Assembly (NCBI RefSeq): GCF_044704955.1
Contig: NC_091986.1
Coordinates: 41,416,001-41,480,000, forward strand
Length of the DNA: 64,000 nucleotides
Source: Pristiophorus japonicus
Lineage: Eukaryota
Direction of reading: 5' to 3'
In this document: positions 37,401-52,400 of the stretch, piece by piece
Layout of the letters: each line of letters opens with the position of its first letter
Numbering within the stretch: the first letter of the stretch is position 1
Position numbers and translations under genes: made by a program
Notes under the pieces: model-generated
Seen by the model: only the letters and a program-made list of their open reading frames with translations
Databases searched by the model: none
Told to the model about the DNA's origin: nothing

Positions 37401-40400
37401 GCACTTTGCCTGTCCAAGCAATCTTATTACTCTTGGTGTGAAATGAATATGAAAGCAGTATAGATAATGGAATAGTATACACTTCTACTGATTTACATTG
37501 TCCCGATGCAAGTGTGTTTTTAACAAGTAAATAACTATTAATGTTCTCTCGGATAGAAGCTAAAGGTTTTGTGTTGCTTCAGACTACAACTCATTAGATA
37601 TTTGAATGCATTTTCAGATTGCATCCTTTTGGTTAGTATAATTAGGATTCTTCAATGCATTGATCATCTCAGTAAATTCTAAAAATGCACATAGCAGTAA
37701 ACTGTAAACGAATAAGGATTTCCCATCAATTCAAAGTGGTTTCAAACTCAAGAAAATCAAATCCAATAGTTTGTATTGAGCAATTTTAATAAAATGGCAT
37801 GGTGTATTTATTGCTCGCAAAAGTGCATATGAACAAAGAATTTAAACTATGCACCTCCAAATTGAGAGGCACTGATTAGTAATGATACCAAGACTGGAAC
37901 ATAGCAAATCTGAAATCGTACAAAACATCAACTTGCATTTATACAGCATCTTCAACGTATTAAACCGTCCTAAGGAGCTTCACAGGAGTGTTATCAGACA
38001 AAATTATAAGTCACAAGGAGATATCAGGACAGGTGACCAAAAGCTTGATCAAAGAGGTAGGTTTTAAAGAGCGTCTTAAAGGAGGAGGGAGAGTTTTGGG
38101 GAGCGAATTCCAAAACGTGGGACCAAGTCAGCTGAAGGCACGGCCACCAATGGCGGAACGATGAAAATTGGAGATGCTGAAGAGGCCAGAATTGGAGGCG
38201 ATGATGATGATGGAGATGGAGAGGGGCAAGGTGTATAAAAGACCAAAACACAAACATTTAAATCTGTGGTGAATGCTTCCTGTATTCATTGGTGGTGACA
38301 ACTGTGATGTAGTTTTCTTCAATCTTATTCGCATATTTTGAATAAGACAGATCAATGCTTCTTCCAAAGATGTTCTAAAGATGCTGTCTTCTGTTAATGC
38401 TGCTTTTCTTGATAGATTCGAATGCTGGCTGCCAGGGCTGCAGCAGCATTTGTGCTGGCTAATGAGAATAATACTCCCCTGCAAAAGCACTTTGCTGACA
38501 TGCTGCCTGGAATCCTACAGGTATTGAATTTTTCTTTTTCCTAACTGAGCAAACTTGCAGTGTACCAAGGTGTGCATTGGTATTACTTAAATCATAAAAA
38601 TAATTGTACATCCATTAGAGTTTATGAACTTAGTATCTAGTCCCATCCTATGTAAATAGCCAGAGTTTGTGGGCAAGTTATATTTGATGTGTAACTTGAC
38701 AACTTGCTACCACAAGGAGTAGTTGAGGGTTTGATAGGGTAGCCATGGAGATGTTGTTTCCACAAGACAAGGGATCATTAATATAAGTTGTCACTAATAA
38801 ATCCATTAGAGAATTCAGGAGAAACTTTATCCAGAGAGTGTTTAGAATGTGGAGCCTGCTACCACATGGAATAGTTGAGGAAATTAGCATAGATGCATTT
38901 AAGGGGAAGCTAAATAAGTACATGAGGGAGAAAGGAATGGAAGGATGTGCTGGTGGGGGGAGAGGATGCTCATGTGGAGCACAAATACCAGCATAGACCA
39001 GTTGGGCCGAATGGCCTGTTTCTTTGCTGCGAGTTCTATGTAACTGTTGCAGAGAAGGTGTTTATAATGCTTTATTTATTGCTACTGAATTTTTAGTAGT
39101 GGAGGTGTTTTGAGTAATTGGATGTGCATGATTATTTAACATTGTGAGCAACAGTATAAGTTATTGACGACAACTTGCATTTATAGAACTCCTTTTACGT
39201 AGAAATTATCAGACACAATTTGACACTGAGCCACAAAAGGAGATTTTGGAACAGGTGACCAAAAGCTTGGTCAAAGGTAGGTTTTAAGGAGCGTCTCAGG
39301 AGTGAGAGGCGGAGAGATTGAAATAGAATTCCAGAGCTTGGGGCCTAGGCAGCTGAAGGCACGGCCGCCAATTAAGGGCAAAGGAAAAAGGCCAGAATTA
39401 GTGAAACGCGGAGTTCTCGGAGGGTTGTACAATTAAACCAGGTAAATGTCTTTGTGAGATACTGGTGTCAGCAAGTAGTGGTTCTCGGATAAACAAGGAA
39501 GACTTCTAAATGTTGAATTGTGTTTTGGCTGAGTTTTTGATTCTGGAGATTTTCATGAGCAACAATATCTCTTTAAAATATTGCTGGGTATTCCATTGAC
39601 CAAGTCTTTGGTTACCAATATGTTGGCACTGCACTACTCTCTTATTCCTCATTTTGTTCTGTGATTTAGGCTGTCAATGATTCCTGCTATCAAAATGATG
39701 ATTCTGTGTTGAAATCATTGGTGGAGCTTGCAGACACAGCACCAAAATATTTACGTCCTCAGCTCGAGCCCACTTTAACATTAAGCCTCAAGGTAAGCTT
39801 TGTACAGAATTGTACTCCTTTTCCCGTTTAAATGTCGAGGTAAACTTGAATAAATGTATCCTAACTTGATTGTTGCAGTAGTTTGGATTTGATCTTGGTT
39901 GTAAATCAAATTTAACACTAAAGTTCAGCCAGCAGCTGTCCACTTGACCAAATATTTCAGTTGTCATAGAATGATACAGCACAGATCATTGCGTCTGTGC
40001 CAGCTCTTTGAAAGAGCTATCGAATTAGTTCTACTCCCCTGCTCTTTCCCAATAGCCCTGCAAATTTCACCTTGTGCGTATATATCCCTAATTGAAGGTT
40101 AACTTTCAGCTTAACATTTACAGACTTGAATCTCCTGAAATTTAAAAAAAAATGTATTCTTGAGCATTTTATTTTTAGAAATAAACTTGCAAACCAAACC
40201 CAGTCATTGTTGTTGTATTGGTATAAATATCACACAGTAGGCTATTCCATGAGCCATAAAATGTGACCGCTGTATAGTATTTATACAATATTCAATTTAG
40301 TACGAGAGTTCATTCCACAACACTATTCCAAGTGCTATGGAGTAATTTTAATCCCGGTGGGCATGAGCGCAGTGGTGAATCTGAAGGAGATGTTATTGCC

Positions 40401-43400
40401 CCGTAGTGCAAGGGAATTGTGAAAGGGCTGAAGATGATTGGTCTCAGAAGCCCGTTAACTTTATGTTTGCGTTACTGGGTTTTCAGTTAGATTTTTAAAT
40501 AGTAGTTGAGTGGTTCTACTTAGTAGATTATTAAATCTGCTTGCTTTAATACCTTTGAAAATGGGTGGTAATTTGTCCCTGTTTTAATCTACAGCTCTGT
40601 GCAGACACTGGCCTGCAAAACATGCAGCGTCAGCTGGCACTGGAAGTGATCGTGACTTTGTCGGAGACCGCCTCTGCTATGCTGAGAAAGCACAGCAATA
40701 TTGTATCACAAGCTAGTAAGTAACGTTTAGCACTACTTGGAATTTCATAACCCCTTGATTGGGTTTCATGTATTGTTCAGATCTGGTACTTAGTGTGTTG
40801 TAACCTCGATGTATTTCTAACAGGCCATTCGGCCCAACCAGCCCGTGACTGCGTTTACTGTCCATGCAAGAAGATAGTCTCAATTGGATTTTCCCACCCT
40901 ATCGTCGTATCCCTTCAACCACCTATCCAGTCAATTATTGAATGTTAACATTGTTTCTGTTTCATCCTCTAACCCTGGAAATAAATTCCAGCCTCTGAAA
41001 TCTCTGCGTAAAGAAATCTCTCCTGCCCTTTGTTCTAATTCTCCTGGATATAATCTTGTACCTATGGTCCCTCGTTGACCCCCTCAATGACTGGAAATAC
41101 TCTGTTTCTCTCTGTAATCTCCTCGAGACCTACAACCCATCGCGATCTCTGTGCTCCTCCAATTCTGGCTTCTTGCGCATCTCCGATTTCCATCGCTCCA
41201 CCATTGGCGGCCGTGCCTTCAGCTCCCTAGGCCCTAAACTCTGGAATTCCCTCTCTCTCCTCCTTTAAGACACTTCTTAAAACCTACCTCTTTGACCAAG
41301 CTTTTGGTTATCTATCTTAGTATCTCCTTATGTAGCTGTCAAATTTTGTTTGATAACGTTCCTGTGAAATCTTAAAGGTGCTATATAAATGCAAGCTGTT
41401 ATTAAGTATGCTGGCATGTGCCTCTTGGTGTAGATTTTGGCAGTGATATTTCTAAATCCACGCCACTGAATGTTCTCATTGCATTGCGGCAAGAAGGTGC
41501 GATGCAAACTCGTTATCTGTGGGCCAATGATGTAGATTCCCAATTACTGCAATGTAGAGTGAAATAGACGGGAGTTCCAGTTCCAATACAAACCATTATG
41601 GTGGAACCCCAGCGTATCTGTTGTGTAGCACAGGGTTCTACAGAGGAGTAAAACTTTGGAAAATCTGGATTTTTTGCACCTTTTGTGATTTTGTATTTAT
41701 TAAAAAAAACATTCTAGATACAGAGTAAATGTGACTTCAGAAAATGGCTTCAGATAGCTCCGTGAACACTGACACCACGGTCATTCAGTGAGTTGAAGGT
41801 AGGGTGGAACTTGTGGTTTTTATTTAGAGTTCTGAACTCAAGACCAAAAATACAGCAAATAGTCTCCTGAGTACAGCAAAATGCAGTGAATGGAGAATAG
41901 TTACATTATGGCCCCAAGTTTCCACATGATTTGCTCCTGATTTTTAGGAGCAACTGGTGGAGAACGGAGTATCTTAGAAATCGGAATTCTCTACATTTAA
42001 GTTTTCTGCAGTTCTAGTCATGTAGAACAGTTTCACTTTGGAACAGAATTTTTTTTTCAAAAGGGGGTGTGTCCAGCCACTGACGCCTGATTTGAAAGTT
42101 TCCACAGTGAAAACGTACTCCAAACTAACTTAGAATGGAGCAAGTGAAGATTTTTGTAGGCCTGAAAAAACCTTGTCTACACATTAAAAAATCAGGCACA
42201 GGTTACAAATTAGGCGTCGGGAACGAGGTGGGGGGGGGGGAAGGGAAGTCATTACATTCTACAATAAATCCTTAGTTATACTTATACAAATATTATACAA
42301 ATAATTCCAACCTGAATAAAAATTTATAAGCAAAGAAAAGATTAAATAAACCATGTTCCTACCTGTGTGAAAGTGCTTCAGGCAGGGAGAAGGCTGCAGG
42401 AAGCCTCACAAGTTGAGGCAGCCGTTCCCGACGGCGGCAGGGAGGAGGCAGCCGTTCCCGGCGGCAAGGGGGGGGAGGAGGCAGTGAGGGCCCGACCGAC
42501 GGCAACGGGGGGGAGGCAGGGAGGAGGCAGCCGTTCCCGACGGCGGTGGGGGGAGGGGGAGGAGGCAGTGAGGGCCTGACCGACGGCAGCGGGGGGGAGG
42601 CAGGGAGGAGGCAGCCGTTCTCGACAGCAGGGGAGGGGGGGGGGGGGAAGGCAGTGAGGGCCCGACCGATGGCAGTGGTAGGGAGGCAGTGAGAAGGCTG
42701 CAATAAGTCTCAGAAGTTGAGGCAGCCATTCCCGACGGCAGGGGGGGGAGGCCCATCGGGAAACGGCTGCCTCAACTTCTGAGGCTTCCTGCAGCCTTCT
42801 CACTGCTGCAAGAAGCCTCAGTGCTGATCATGGAAGGGCAATGTGGTTTTATTAAAAAATTGTTAAAAATTGAACAGCTACAAGGAACTACAAAAATGGC
42901 CGAGTGCCAATGTTTCCTTCACACTGCGCGTGCGCGAACACTCCAATGCTCACGCGCAGGGTTGCCGGCACGAAAAAAACTCATTTAAATGGTACCCGTC
43001 CCCTCCTACTTACAAAATCGGCGCGAGTGGTAGGCTCCGCCCCCTGGGCGCCACGCCAAGCTGACATCGAGCTGCAAAGTGCTCGAGAATAGCGTGTTTT
43101 TTTTCAGGCGCCGTTTTCGGCGCGAAAAACGGGCGCCCAGCTCGGAGGGGCGCCTGTTTTGCCGCGTGTGGAAACTTGGGGCCTATGTGTGTAAAATAAT
43201 AGGATTACATAGGATACAAACAGGTCATTCGGCCCAATCAGTCCATGCTGGCGTTTATGCTCCACTCAAACCGCTCCCCGTCTTACTGTATCAGCATAAC
43301 TCTCATTTCCCTTCTCCCTTGTGTGCTTATCTAGCCTCCCCTTAAATGAATCTATATTATTCACTTCGACCACTCCTATGGCTCAGTGGATAGCACTCTT

Positions 43401-46400
43401 GCCTGAGTCAGAAGGTTGTGGATTCAACTCCCACTCCAGGCTGACACTCCAGTGCTGCACTGTCGGAAGCGCCGTCTTTCGGATGAGACGTTAAACCGAG
43501 GCCCCATCTGCTCTCAGGTGGATGTAAAAGATCCCAAGGTACTATTTAGAAGAGGAGTAGGGGACTTACCTCTGGTGTCCTGGCCAATATTTATCCCTAA
43601 ACCAGCATCACTAAAACAGATTATCTGGTCATTAGCACATTGCTGATTATGGGAGCTTCTTGTGCGCAAACTGGCAGCCGCATTTCCTACATTACAAAAG
43701 TGACTACACTTCAAAAAAGTACTTCATTGGCCTATACTGAAGGATAAATATTGGTCCTAGGAACTGACTGTCTGTCATGTGTGTAAATACAATAATACAA
43801 TCTCATTCTTTTTATAAATAGATGGTGGCTATAATATCAAAGTTGCTCTTTTACTTATGGACTACAAGTGTGCATTGCGTGAATTTCTGCAACTTGCACG
43901 CCAATGCTTTACCTAAGAATTAATTGACTGCATCAAATTAAAGAACTATTCTGAATGACTTTGTTTAAGCTATATATTTTTGTACTTGCTGTCTTTAATA
44001 CCAGATGATACTCTTCTGTAAGGACTGTCCTAGTTGCTACTGTTGGTATACCGGCACTGAACATGTTTTAAACTGGTTGATGTGCTACAATCTCATTTTT
44101 CTTCCCCCCCCCACCCCCCCTGGCCTACTTCAAAAAAACTGGCATTTATTCTTAAGTGAACGGTGACAGATACGTGTTTTTATTCATTAATATATTTTTA
44201 TTCAGTTCCACAGATGCTGGCAATGATGGTGGATTTAGAGAATGATGAAAACTGGTCAAATTCGGATGAACTTGAAGATGATGACTTTGACAGGTACTTC
44301 GCATTTAATGAAAATTAGCTTTTTATGGAAAAGTGTAGGGGTTGAAATCAAATGAACACTAAGGAATCTACTGTAATTTGGACGTGTCTCTAATTTATCT
44401 TTGACAACAGCACCATAAAATCTGATCAATTAGTGATTTGCACTGGGCAGGTTTAATTTAAAAGTACTAAGATTGATCCTTGTGTGCCTATTTAATCCTT
44501 TGCTGTGGCATGATAAATTGATTCCATTGCAGCGAATGACTTCCAAGGTTAAGAGTCATCCATTGACAGAGAAGGGTAAAGGCTACCGAAGCTATATTGT
44601 GCTTGATGTCGAGAGTATAGTGATCTGAGCATATTTCAAAGTAATGCTCTTGCCTATTGGCAGGATCCTCAACCTTTAATTGTTACTGTGCTGAACAGTA
44701 ATGTTTGTGTAGTTTTTCTTTCACTGTCAGCTGTGGCTCAGTGGTAGCACCTTCACCTGAGTCAAAAGGTTGTGGGTTCAGGGACTTGCATGCATAAATC
44801 TAGGCTTGCACTCCAGTGCACTGCTGGGGGAGTGCTGCACTGTCTGAGGTGCCATCTTTTGGAGGCGCATTAAACTGAGGCCCCATCTGCTCTCAAGTGT
44901 AAGTAAAATATCTTATGGCAGTATTTTGAAGAAGAACTAGGGAGTTATCCCTGTTGTCCTGGCCAATATTTATCCCTCAATCAACACTTTTATGTTAAGA
45001 TAATAACCAAGTAATTTTTTTTTATTATCGCATTGCTGTTTATGGAAGCTTGCAGTGTGCAAATTGGCTGCTGCGTTTTCTACTTTACGCCAATGAAGTA
45101 CTATTTTTGGAAGTGTAAAGTGCTTTTGGGATGTCTGGTGGTTGTGAAAGATGTTATTTAAATGCAAGTCTCTTGTCTTTTTTCTTTTCAATGGAATTGT
45201 TCCCCTCCAAGGTTATGCAGCCTGTGGTGAATTGAGTGAGGCAGAGTAGCCAGCTCTCCTACTGCTGCTGATTCTTAACTGGTTGGCAGGAGGTACACAA
45301 GAGAAACCCAGTGGACTACACCAATAGCTCCCCCCTAAAATCCCAGTCACCATCTGTGTCCCACATCTTCATCAGTTGCTGCAATTCAAAGTTTTTTAAA
45401 AATCCTGGATTGAATGTAATTTGTAAAAGCCTTGCTAGTAATCTGATTTAACTGTTTTCCTTTTGGAACTCAAAACTTTTTTTTTGTTTTAACCTAGCAA
45501 TGCTGTTGCTGGTGAAAGTGCCCTGGACAGGATAGCCTGTGGCCTTGGTGGTAAAGTAGTGCTTCCACTGATAAAAGAACACATCATGCAGATGTTACAA
45601 AACTGTGAGTATGGTGCATTCAGTAACTTAAATTGTCTGTTTTGGTCAGATCCATTTCTGGAAAAAAAAAACCACTGATTAAGGCTAATCTTTGATTTTA
45701 TTGGGTTAAAATCGTAATGCATTTAATAAATTCTCAAAACACTTGCCCATTGAGGCAGCTGTAATGTATTTGCTTCATGGGTTCTTGCTTAAGAATTCAT
45801 AGCAACACATTGCTATTAAGAACTAGTTGGTTTATTAGCAAAGGTTTAACAATCACACTACACATTACCAGTTCATCCACCAGGCTCACAATTGCATGCC
45901 TCATTGTGGATGACCTAGACTCAACTGACGGGGGTTTTATTGAGTCTTGTGAACATCATTTGGTGATCATTTTCCAACAGTCTATTGACTCTGGATCAGT
46001 CCCTATGCACTGGAGGGTAGCTAATATAACACCACTTTTTAAAAAAGGAGGGAGAGAGAAAAGAGGTAATTATATACCGGTTAGCCTGACATCAGTAGTG
46101 GGGAAAATGTTGGAATCAATCATTAAGAAGGAGATAGCAGCGCATTTGGAAAGCAGTGACAGGATCGGACCAAGTCAGCATGGATTTATGAAAGGGAAAT
46201 CATGCTTGACGAATCTTCTGGAATTTTGAGGATGTAACTAGCAGAGTGGACAAGGGAGAACAGTGGATGTGGTGTATTTGGACTTTCTAAAGGCTTTTGA
46301 CAAGGTCCCACACAAGAGATTGGTGTGCAAAATTAAAGCACATGGTATTGGGAATAATGTACTGACGTGGATAGAGAACTGGTTGGCAGACGGGAAGCAG

Positions 46401-49400
46401 AGTGTCAGGATAAGCGGGTCCTTTTCAGAATGGCAGGCAGTGACTAGTGGAGTGCCGCAGGGCTCAGTGCTGGGACCCCAGCTCTTTACAATATATATTA
46501 ACGATTTAGAGGAAGGAATTGAGTGTAATATCTCCAAGTTTGCAGATGACACTAAACTTGGGTGGTGGTGTGAGCTATGAGGAGGATGCTGAGAGGCTGC
46601 AGGGTGACTTGGACAGGTTAGGTGAGTGGGCAAATGCATGGCAGATGCAGTATAATGTGGATAAATGTGAGGTTATTCACTTTGGTGGCAAAACACGAAA
46701 GCAGAATATTATCTGAATGGCGGCAGATTAGGAAAAGGGGAGGTGCAACGAGACCTGGGTGTTATGGTTCATCAGTCACTGAAAATGGGCATTCAGGTAC
46801 AGCAGGTAGTAAAGAAGGCAAATGGTATGTTGGCCTTCATAACTAGGGGATTTGAGTATAGGAGCAGGGAGGTCTTATTGCAGTTGTATAGGGCCTTAGT
46901 GAGGCCTCACCTGGAATATTGTGTTCAGTTTTGGTCTTCTAATCTGAGGAAGGACGTTCTTGCTATTGAGCAAGTGCAGCGAAGGTTCACCAGACTGATT
47001 CCAGGGATGGCTGAACTGTCATGAGGAGAGACTGGATCAACTGGGCCTTTATTCACTGGAGTTTAGAAGGATGAGAGGGTTTCTCATAGAAATGTATAAA
47101 ATTCTGATGGGACTGGACAGGTTAGATGTGGGAAGAATGTTCCTGATGGGGAAGTGCAGAACCAGGGGACATAATCTTAGGATAAGGGGTAGGCCATTTA
47201 GGACTGAAATGAGGAGAAACTTCTTCACTGAGTTGTTAACCTATGGAATTCCCTGCCGCAGAGAGTTGTTGATGCCAGTTCATTGGATATATTCAAGAGG
47301 GAGTTAGATATGGTCCTTAATGGCTAAGGGGATCAAGGGGTATGGAGAGAAAGCAGGAAAGGGGTACTGAGGGAATGATCAGCCATGATCTTATTGAATG
47401 CGGTGCAGGCTCGGAGGGCTGAATGGCCTACTCCTGCACCTATTTTCTATGTTTGTGACTGGTTAAGCCACTCACAATGCAATAGCCCTACAACTATTTT
47501 GGTAAACCTGTGAGCATACTCACAGGTGCATACATTACAGCAGTGAACATTCATGTTCTTGCACCTCTTGAAAGTTGGTTTCAAAGCTATATTGAACAAT
47601 ATGCCTGTCCACATCTTAGTGACGATACAATGGGACCTGGGGGAGGGGTGGGAGAAGAAAGACAATACTGCTGTAACACCATCACTGATATTTTTTGTTG
47701 ATACTTGTGGTCCATGATGATCACAACATAAAAATCTGTTTGTTTATGTTGGTGTGCCACGAGAAGGGAGGTTAGATTTTGTACAGCACTCTGCATTTGT
47801 CAAATTGAAATCTAGTATCGTTTTACATTTGAGATTGAGGGAATTCAGTAGAATGCACCATGCCAATTTGTGTGCAGTGTGTTTCCTCTGGTGTGTAGAT
47901 TATACCAGGAACACGCTCATATTAATTGGGTAGTATAAATTGATTGTGTTTGATTTCATTTAAGTTAATTTAATTAATCTAAAAGAATCCTGCTGCATGA
48001 TCTGTGTTATATGTTGATTTTGTTTGGAGTAGTTCGCCAACTAGCTCTTTTTTTTTACACAGTGCTATTTATATTGAGCTCCTATAATTAGTAACGACCC
48101 CGAGCACCAGCTGATTACTGTATAATTCAACAACTCACCAACACAAAACCCATAATGAATGGGTGTAAATCATCTCTCCATTCCATCGGATTTTCATGCA
48201 AGTCCAAATATCCGTTCCTTTTGTTAGAGCTTCGGGTGTATATCAGAAATGGAAAATTCTGGTGGCAGCTTGTAAGAACCATGAAAAATTAGGGGGGGGG
48301 GGGGGGCGGAAATTGACATTTAAAAAAAAAAAAGAGGACCGATAGCACCTCTAAGGGGTGCTAATGAGGCTAGAAGAGAATTTCCACATGGGGTGGGGGG
48401 GCTGCTACCAGCTCCCGGGAAATAGCCCCGGTAGCACCCCGTGCCGCTGGCCCAACCTGCGATGACATCATCGCCACCCCATGGGGGAAATTGCCGCGAG
48501 GCTGGCGTGAGCGGATGTCAACGCCAGCATTGCGGGTCGCAAAGCTGTCTGACATCCGTTCTTTGGGCGCTCCTCAAAGGGGAGGGTGCCAGCGCCCTGC
48601 ACCGCCATCTTTACTGGTTTGCCGACTCCGGTTGGCACCAGTACAGCAGCCCCAACGTGGTCTGGGCTGCCCCCGTGCAGCTCGGCTCTCCATTTTGGGT
48701 GCCGGGCTACAGGCCTGGTCCCACGCTGCCCTGGTGGCCGCGAGTGGAGACCACCAGAGGCCTTGCAGAGTGTGCAGCATCCCTCCCCTTTAAGCGAAGG
48801 AGAGAGGCGGTGAAGTGCGCTCCCCGCCCGGGAAGCACCCCTAAAGAAAGTGGAGCACGCGAGATTGCGCTCCACTTCCTTTGAGGGGCGGTAAACCCAA
48901 TTCAGCGGCGGGGGCAAGACCTCTGTGCCGGATGCAGAGTCCCAGCCCCAGCTGGTTACCGCTCCCAATCGGGGTGCAGGGCAATTTCACCTCTAGCTCT
49001 ATGCTGCCACCGTAACGAGGTTCGTTTGGGCAGGGAGACTTAATAGTTCTAAGTGTAGCATTGCCTGTCTCGGCCCTCGCCTCAGCTCATCTGCTGAAGC
49101 CCTCATCCATACCTTTGTTACCTCTCGACTTGACTATTCCAATGCATTCCTGGCTTGCCTCCCACATTCTACCCTACGTAAACTAGAGGTGATCCAAAAC
49201 TCAGCTGCCCGTATCCTAACTCGCGCCAAGTCCCACTCACCCATCAGCCCTGTGCTCGTTGACCTAATTAACTTCCGGTTAAGCAATGCCTCGATTTCAA
49301 AATTCTCATCCTTATTTTCAAATCCCTCCATGACTTTGCCCCCTGCCTATTTTTAGAATCTCCTCCAGCCCCACAACCCCCCCACCCTGAGATGTCTGCG

Positions 49401-52400
49401 CTCCTCTAATTCTGCCCTCTTCAGCATCCCTGATTATAATTGCTCAACCATTGCTGGCTGTGCCTTCTGTTGCCTCAACCGCAAGCTCTGGAATTCCCTC
49501 CTTCAATCCCTCTGCCCCCCTCTCCTCCTTCAAGACACTCCTTAAAACATACCTCTTTGACCAAGCTTTTGGTCACCTGTGCTAATTTCTACTTATGCAG
49601 CTTGGCGTCAATTTTTTAAATATCATAATACTCGTGTGAAGCGCTTTGGGATGGATGTTTCACTGTTAAAGGCGTTATATAAGTACAAGTTGTTAAAAAT
49701 GCCTACTTAATATTGAGGTAATTGGCAGAAAAATCCAGGTTCTGAAAGTGTGCACCTGGTTTTGGTACATTAGTACAGGTACTATTTACTGTGTTCAAAC
49801 TGTCTTCACATCCAAACCGTCCCCCTCATTTCCTCTTGGCTCGTAGAAAGCTGTAGGTTATTGGAAACACATTTTCCACAATCCCATACTATCGTTCACT
49901 CCCAGTTTATTATACGTCTGAAAATTTGCTCTTATTCATCCTAACCCTAAAGTGATCTCTTGCCCTTAAAGATTATTGCCCTTGTTGTTTTTGCCTCAGT
50001 GCTATCTAAAGTTATGGAAGCTATTTTAACTCTTAAATTATCCAGCACTTGGAAAGCCAGTTTAGCTTGTGGTACAGTTGTACTGTTTCCAATGTTATCC
50101 ATCTGGCATTCTGCTCTTGAATACTTGAGTGAGTCATTGATGTGTGCCTTGGAAGACTGGGATATTGCACTTATCTACAAATTACCATGTGTTGTAGTTG
50201 ATAGCTTGCCCTCAGACTGTTTTCGAATTAACTTAGTTTTGTCATGGGCCATTCAAAGAACAGCCAACATTTATCCTACAATTAACATCAATAAAATAGA
50301 TTAGCTGGTCATATTACTGTTTGCGGGACCTTGCTGTGCGCAAATTGGCTACCATATTGCCTATATTACTACAGTGACTATATTTAAAAGTACTTCATTG
50401 CCGATTCTTTAATTGGCAGTTCCTTTGCCCCACCATTGGTGGCCATGCCTTCTGCCGTATAGGCCCTAAGCTCTGGAATTTCCTCCCTAAACCTCTCCAA
50501 CCCTCCTCCTTTTAAAACTAACCTTAAAACTTAACTTTTTTTTTAAAGCAAGTTTTTAGTCACTTATCCCAATATCCCCTTTGGCTTGGTCTCAGTTTTT
50601 GTCTGCACTCTTGTGGGAGCGTCTTGGGACATTTTCCAATATTAAAATGACTAAATGAATGCAAGTTGTTAACACGAGTTGTGATGTTTTCTTGCAGCTG
50701 ACTGGAAGTACAGGCATGCAGGCCTAATGGCCTTGTCCGCTATTGGGGAAGGCTGTCATCAGCAAATGGAGGGGATACTCAATGAAATTGTGAATTTTGT
50801 CTTGCTATTTCTTCAAGATCCAGTAAGTGAAAGAAAATACAAATGTATTACTTCAGTACATGTGTAGAATGAAGGTCCTGCCAATGGCCAACACTTGCAT
50901 GTGAAGGATGGCCATTTGGTTGAGATATCAGTGGGTTGTTACTATCTGTGCACCGTCAGCTAGTATCTATAGAAGCTAGCAAAAGCTTCTATAGATATGT
51001 GAAAAGAAAAAGATTAGTGAAAACTAATGTAGGTCTCTTGCAGTCAGAATCAGGTGAATTCATAATAGGGAACAAGGAAATGGCAGACCAATTGAACAAA
51101 TACTTTGGTTCTGTCTTCACTATAACCTCCCGAAAATACTAGGGGACCGAGGGTCTAGCGAGAAGGAGGAATTGAGGGAGATCCTTATTAGTCAGGAAAT
51201 GGTGTTAGAGAAACTGAAGGCTGATAAATCCCCAGGGCCTGATAGTCTGCATCCTAGAGTACTTAAGGAAGTGGCCCTGGCAATAGTAGATGCATTGGTG
51301 GTCATTTTCCAACATTCCATGGACTCTGGATCAGTTCCGATGGTTTGGAAGGTAGCTAATGTAACCCCACTTTTTTTAAAAAGGAGGGAGAGAGAAAACA
51401 GGGAATTATAGACCCGTTAGCCTGACATCGGTAGTGGGGAAAATGCTAGAATCAATTATTAAAGATGTAATAGCGCATTTGGAAAGCAGTGATAGGATTT
51501 ATGAAAGGGAAATCATGCTTGACAAATCTTCTAGAATTTTTTGAGAATGTAACTAGTAGAGTGGATAAGGGAGAACCAGTGGATGTGGTGTATTTGGACT
51601 TTCAAAAGGCTTCTGACAAGGTCCCACACAAGAGATTAGTGTGCAAAATGAAGGCAAATGGTATTGGGGGTAATGTATTGACGTGGATAGAGAACTGGTT
51701 GGCAGACAGGAAGCAAAGAATGGGAATTAACGGATCCTTTTCAGAATGGCAGGCAGTGACTAGTGGGGTACTGCAAGGTTCAGTGCTGGGACCCCAGCTA
51801 TTTACAATATATATTAATGATTTAGACGAAGGAATTGAATGAATGTGATATCTCCAAGTTTGCAGATAACACTAAGCTGGGTGGCAGTGTGAGTTGCGAG
51901 GAGGATGCTAAGAGGCTACAAGGTGAGTGGGCAGATGCAGTATAATGTGGATAAGTGTGAGGTTATCCACTTTGGTGGCAAAAACAGGAAGGCAGAATAT
52001 TATATGAATGGTGACAGATTAGGAAAAGGGGAGGTGCAATGAGACTTGGGTGTCATAGTACATCAGTCATTGAAGGTAGGCATGCAGGTACAGCAGGCAG
52101 TAAAGAAAGCAAATGGCATGTTGGCCTTCATAGCGAGAGGATTTGAGTATAGGAGCAGGGAGGTCTTACTGCAGTTGTACAGGGCCTTGGTGAGACCACA
52201 CCTTGAGTATTGTGTGCAGTTTTGGTCTCTTAATCTGAGGAAGGACATTCTTGCTATTGAGGGAGTGCAACGAAGGTTCACCAGACTGATTTTCGGAATG
52301 GCAGGACTGACATGTGAAGAAAGACTGGATCGAATGGAATTTAGAAGAATGAGAGGGGATCTCATAGAAACATATAAAATTCTGACAGGATTGGACAGGT

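Noticed and set aside
42359-42803. Pro-rich ORFs
   Set aside because: Derived from the tandem array in Harbinger copy 2.
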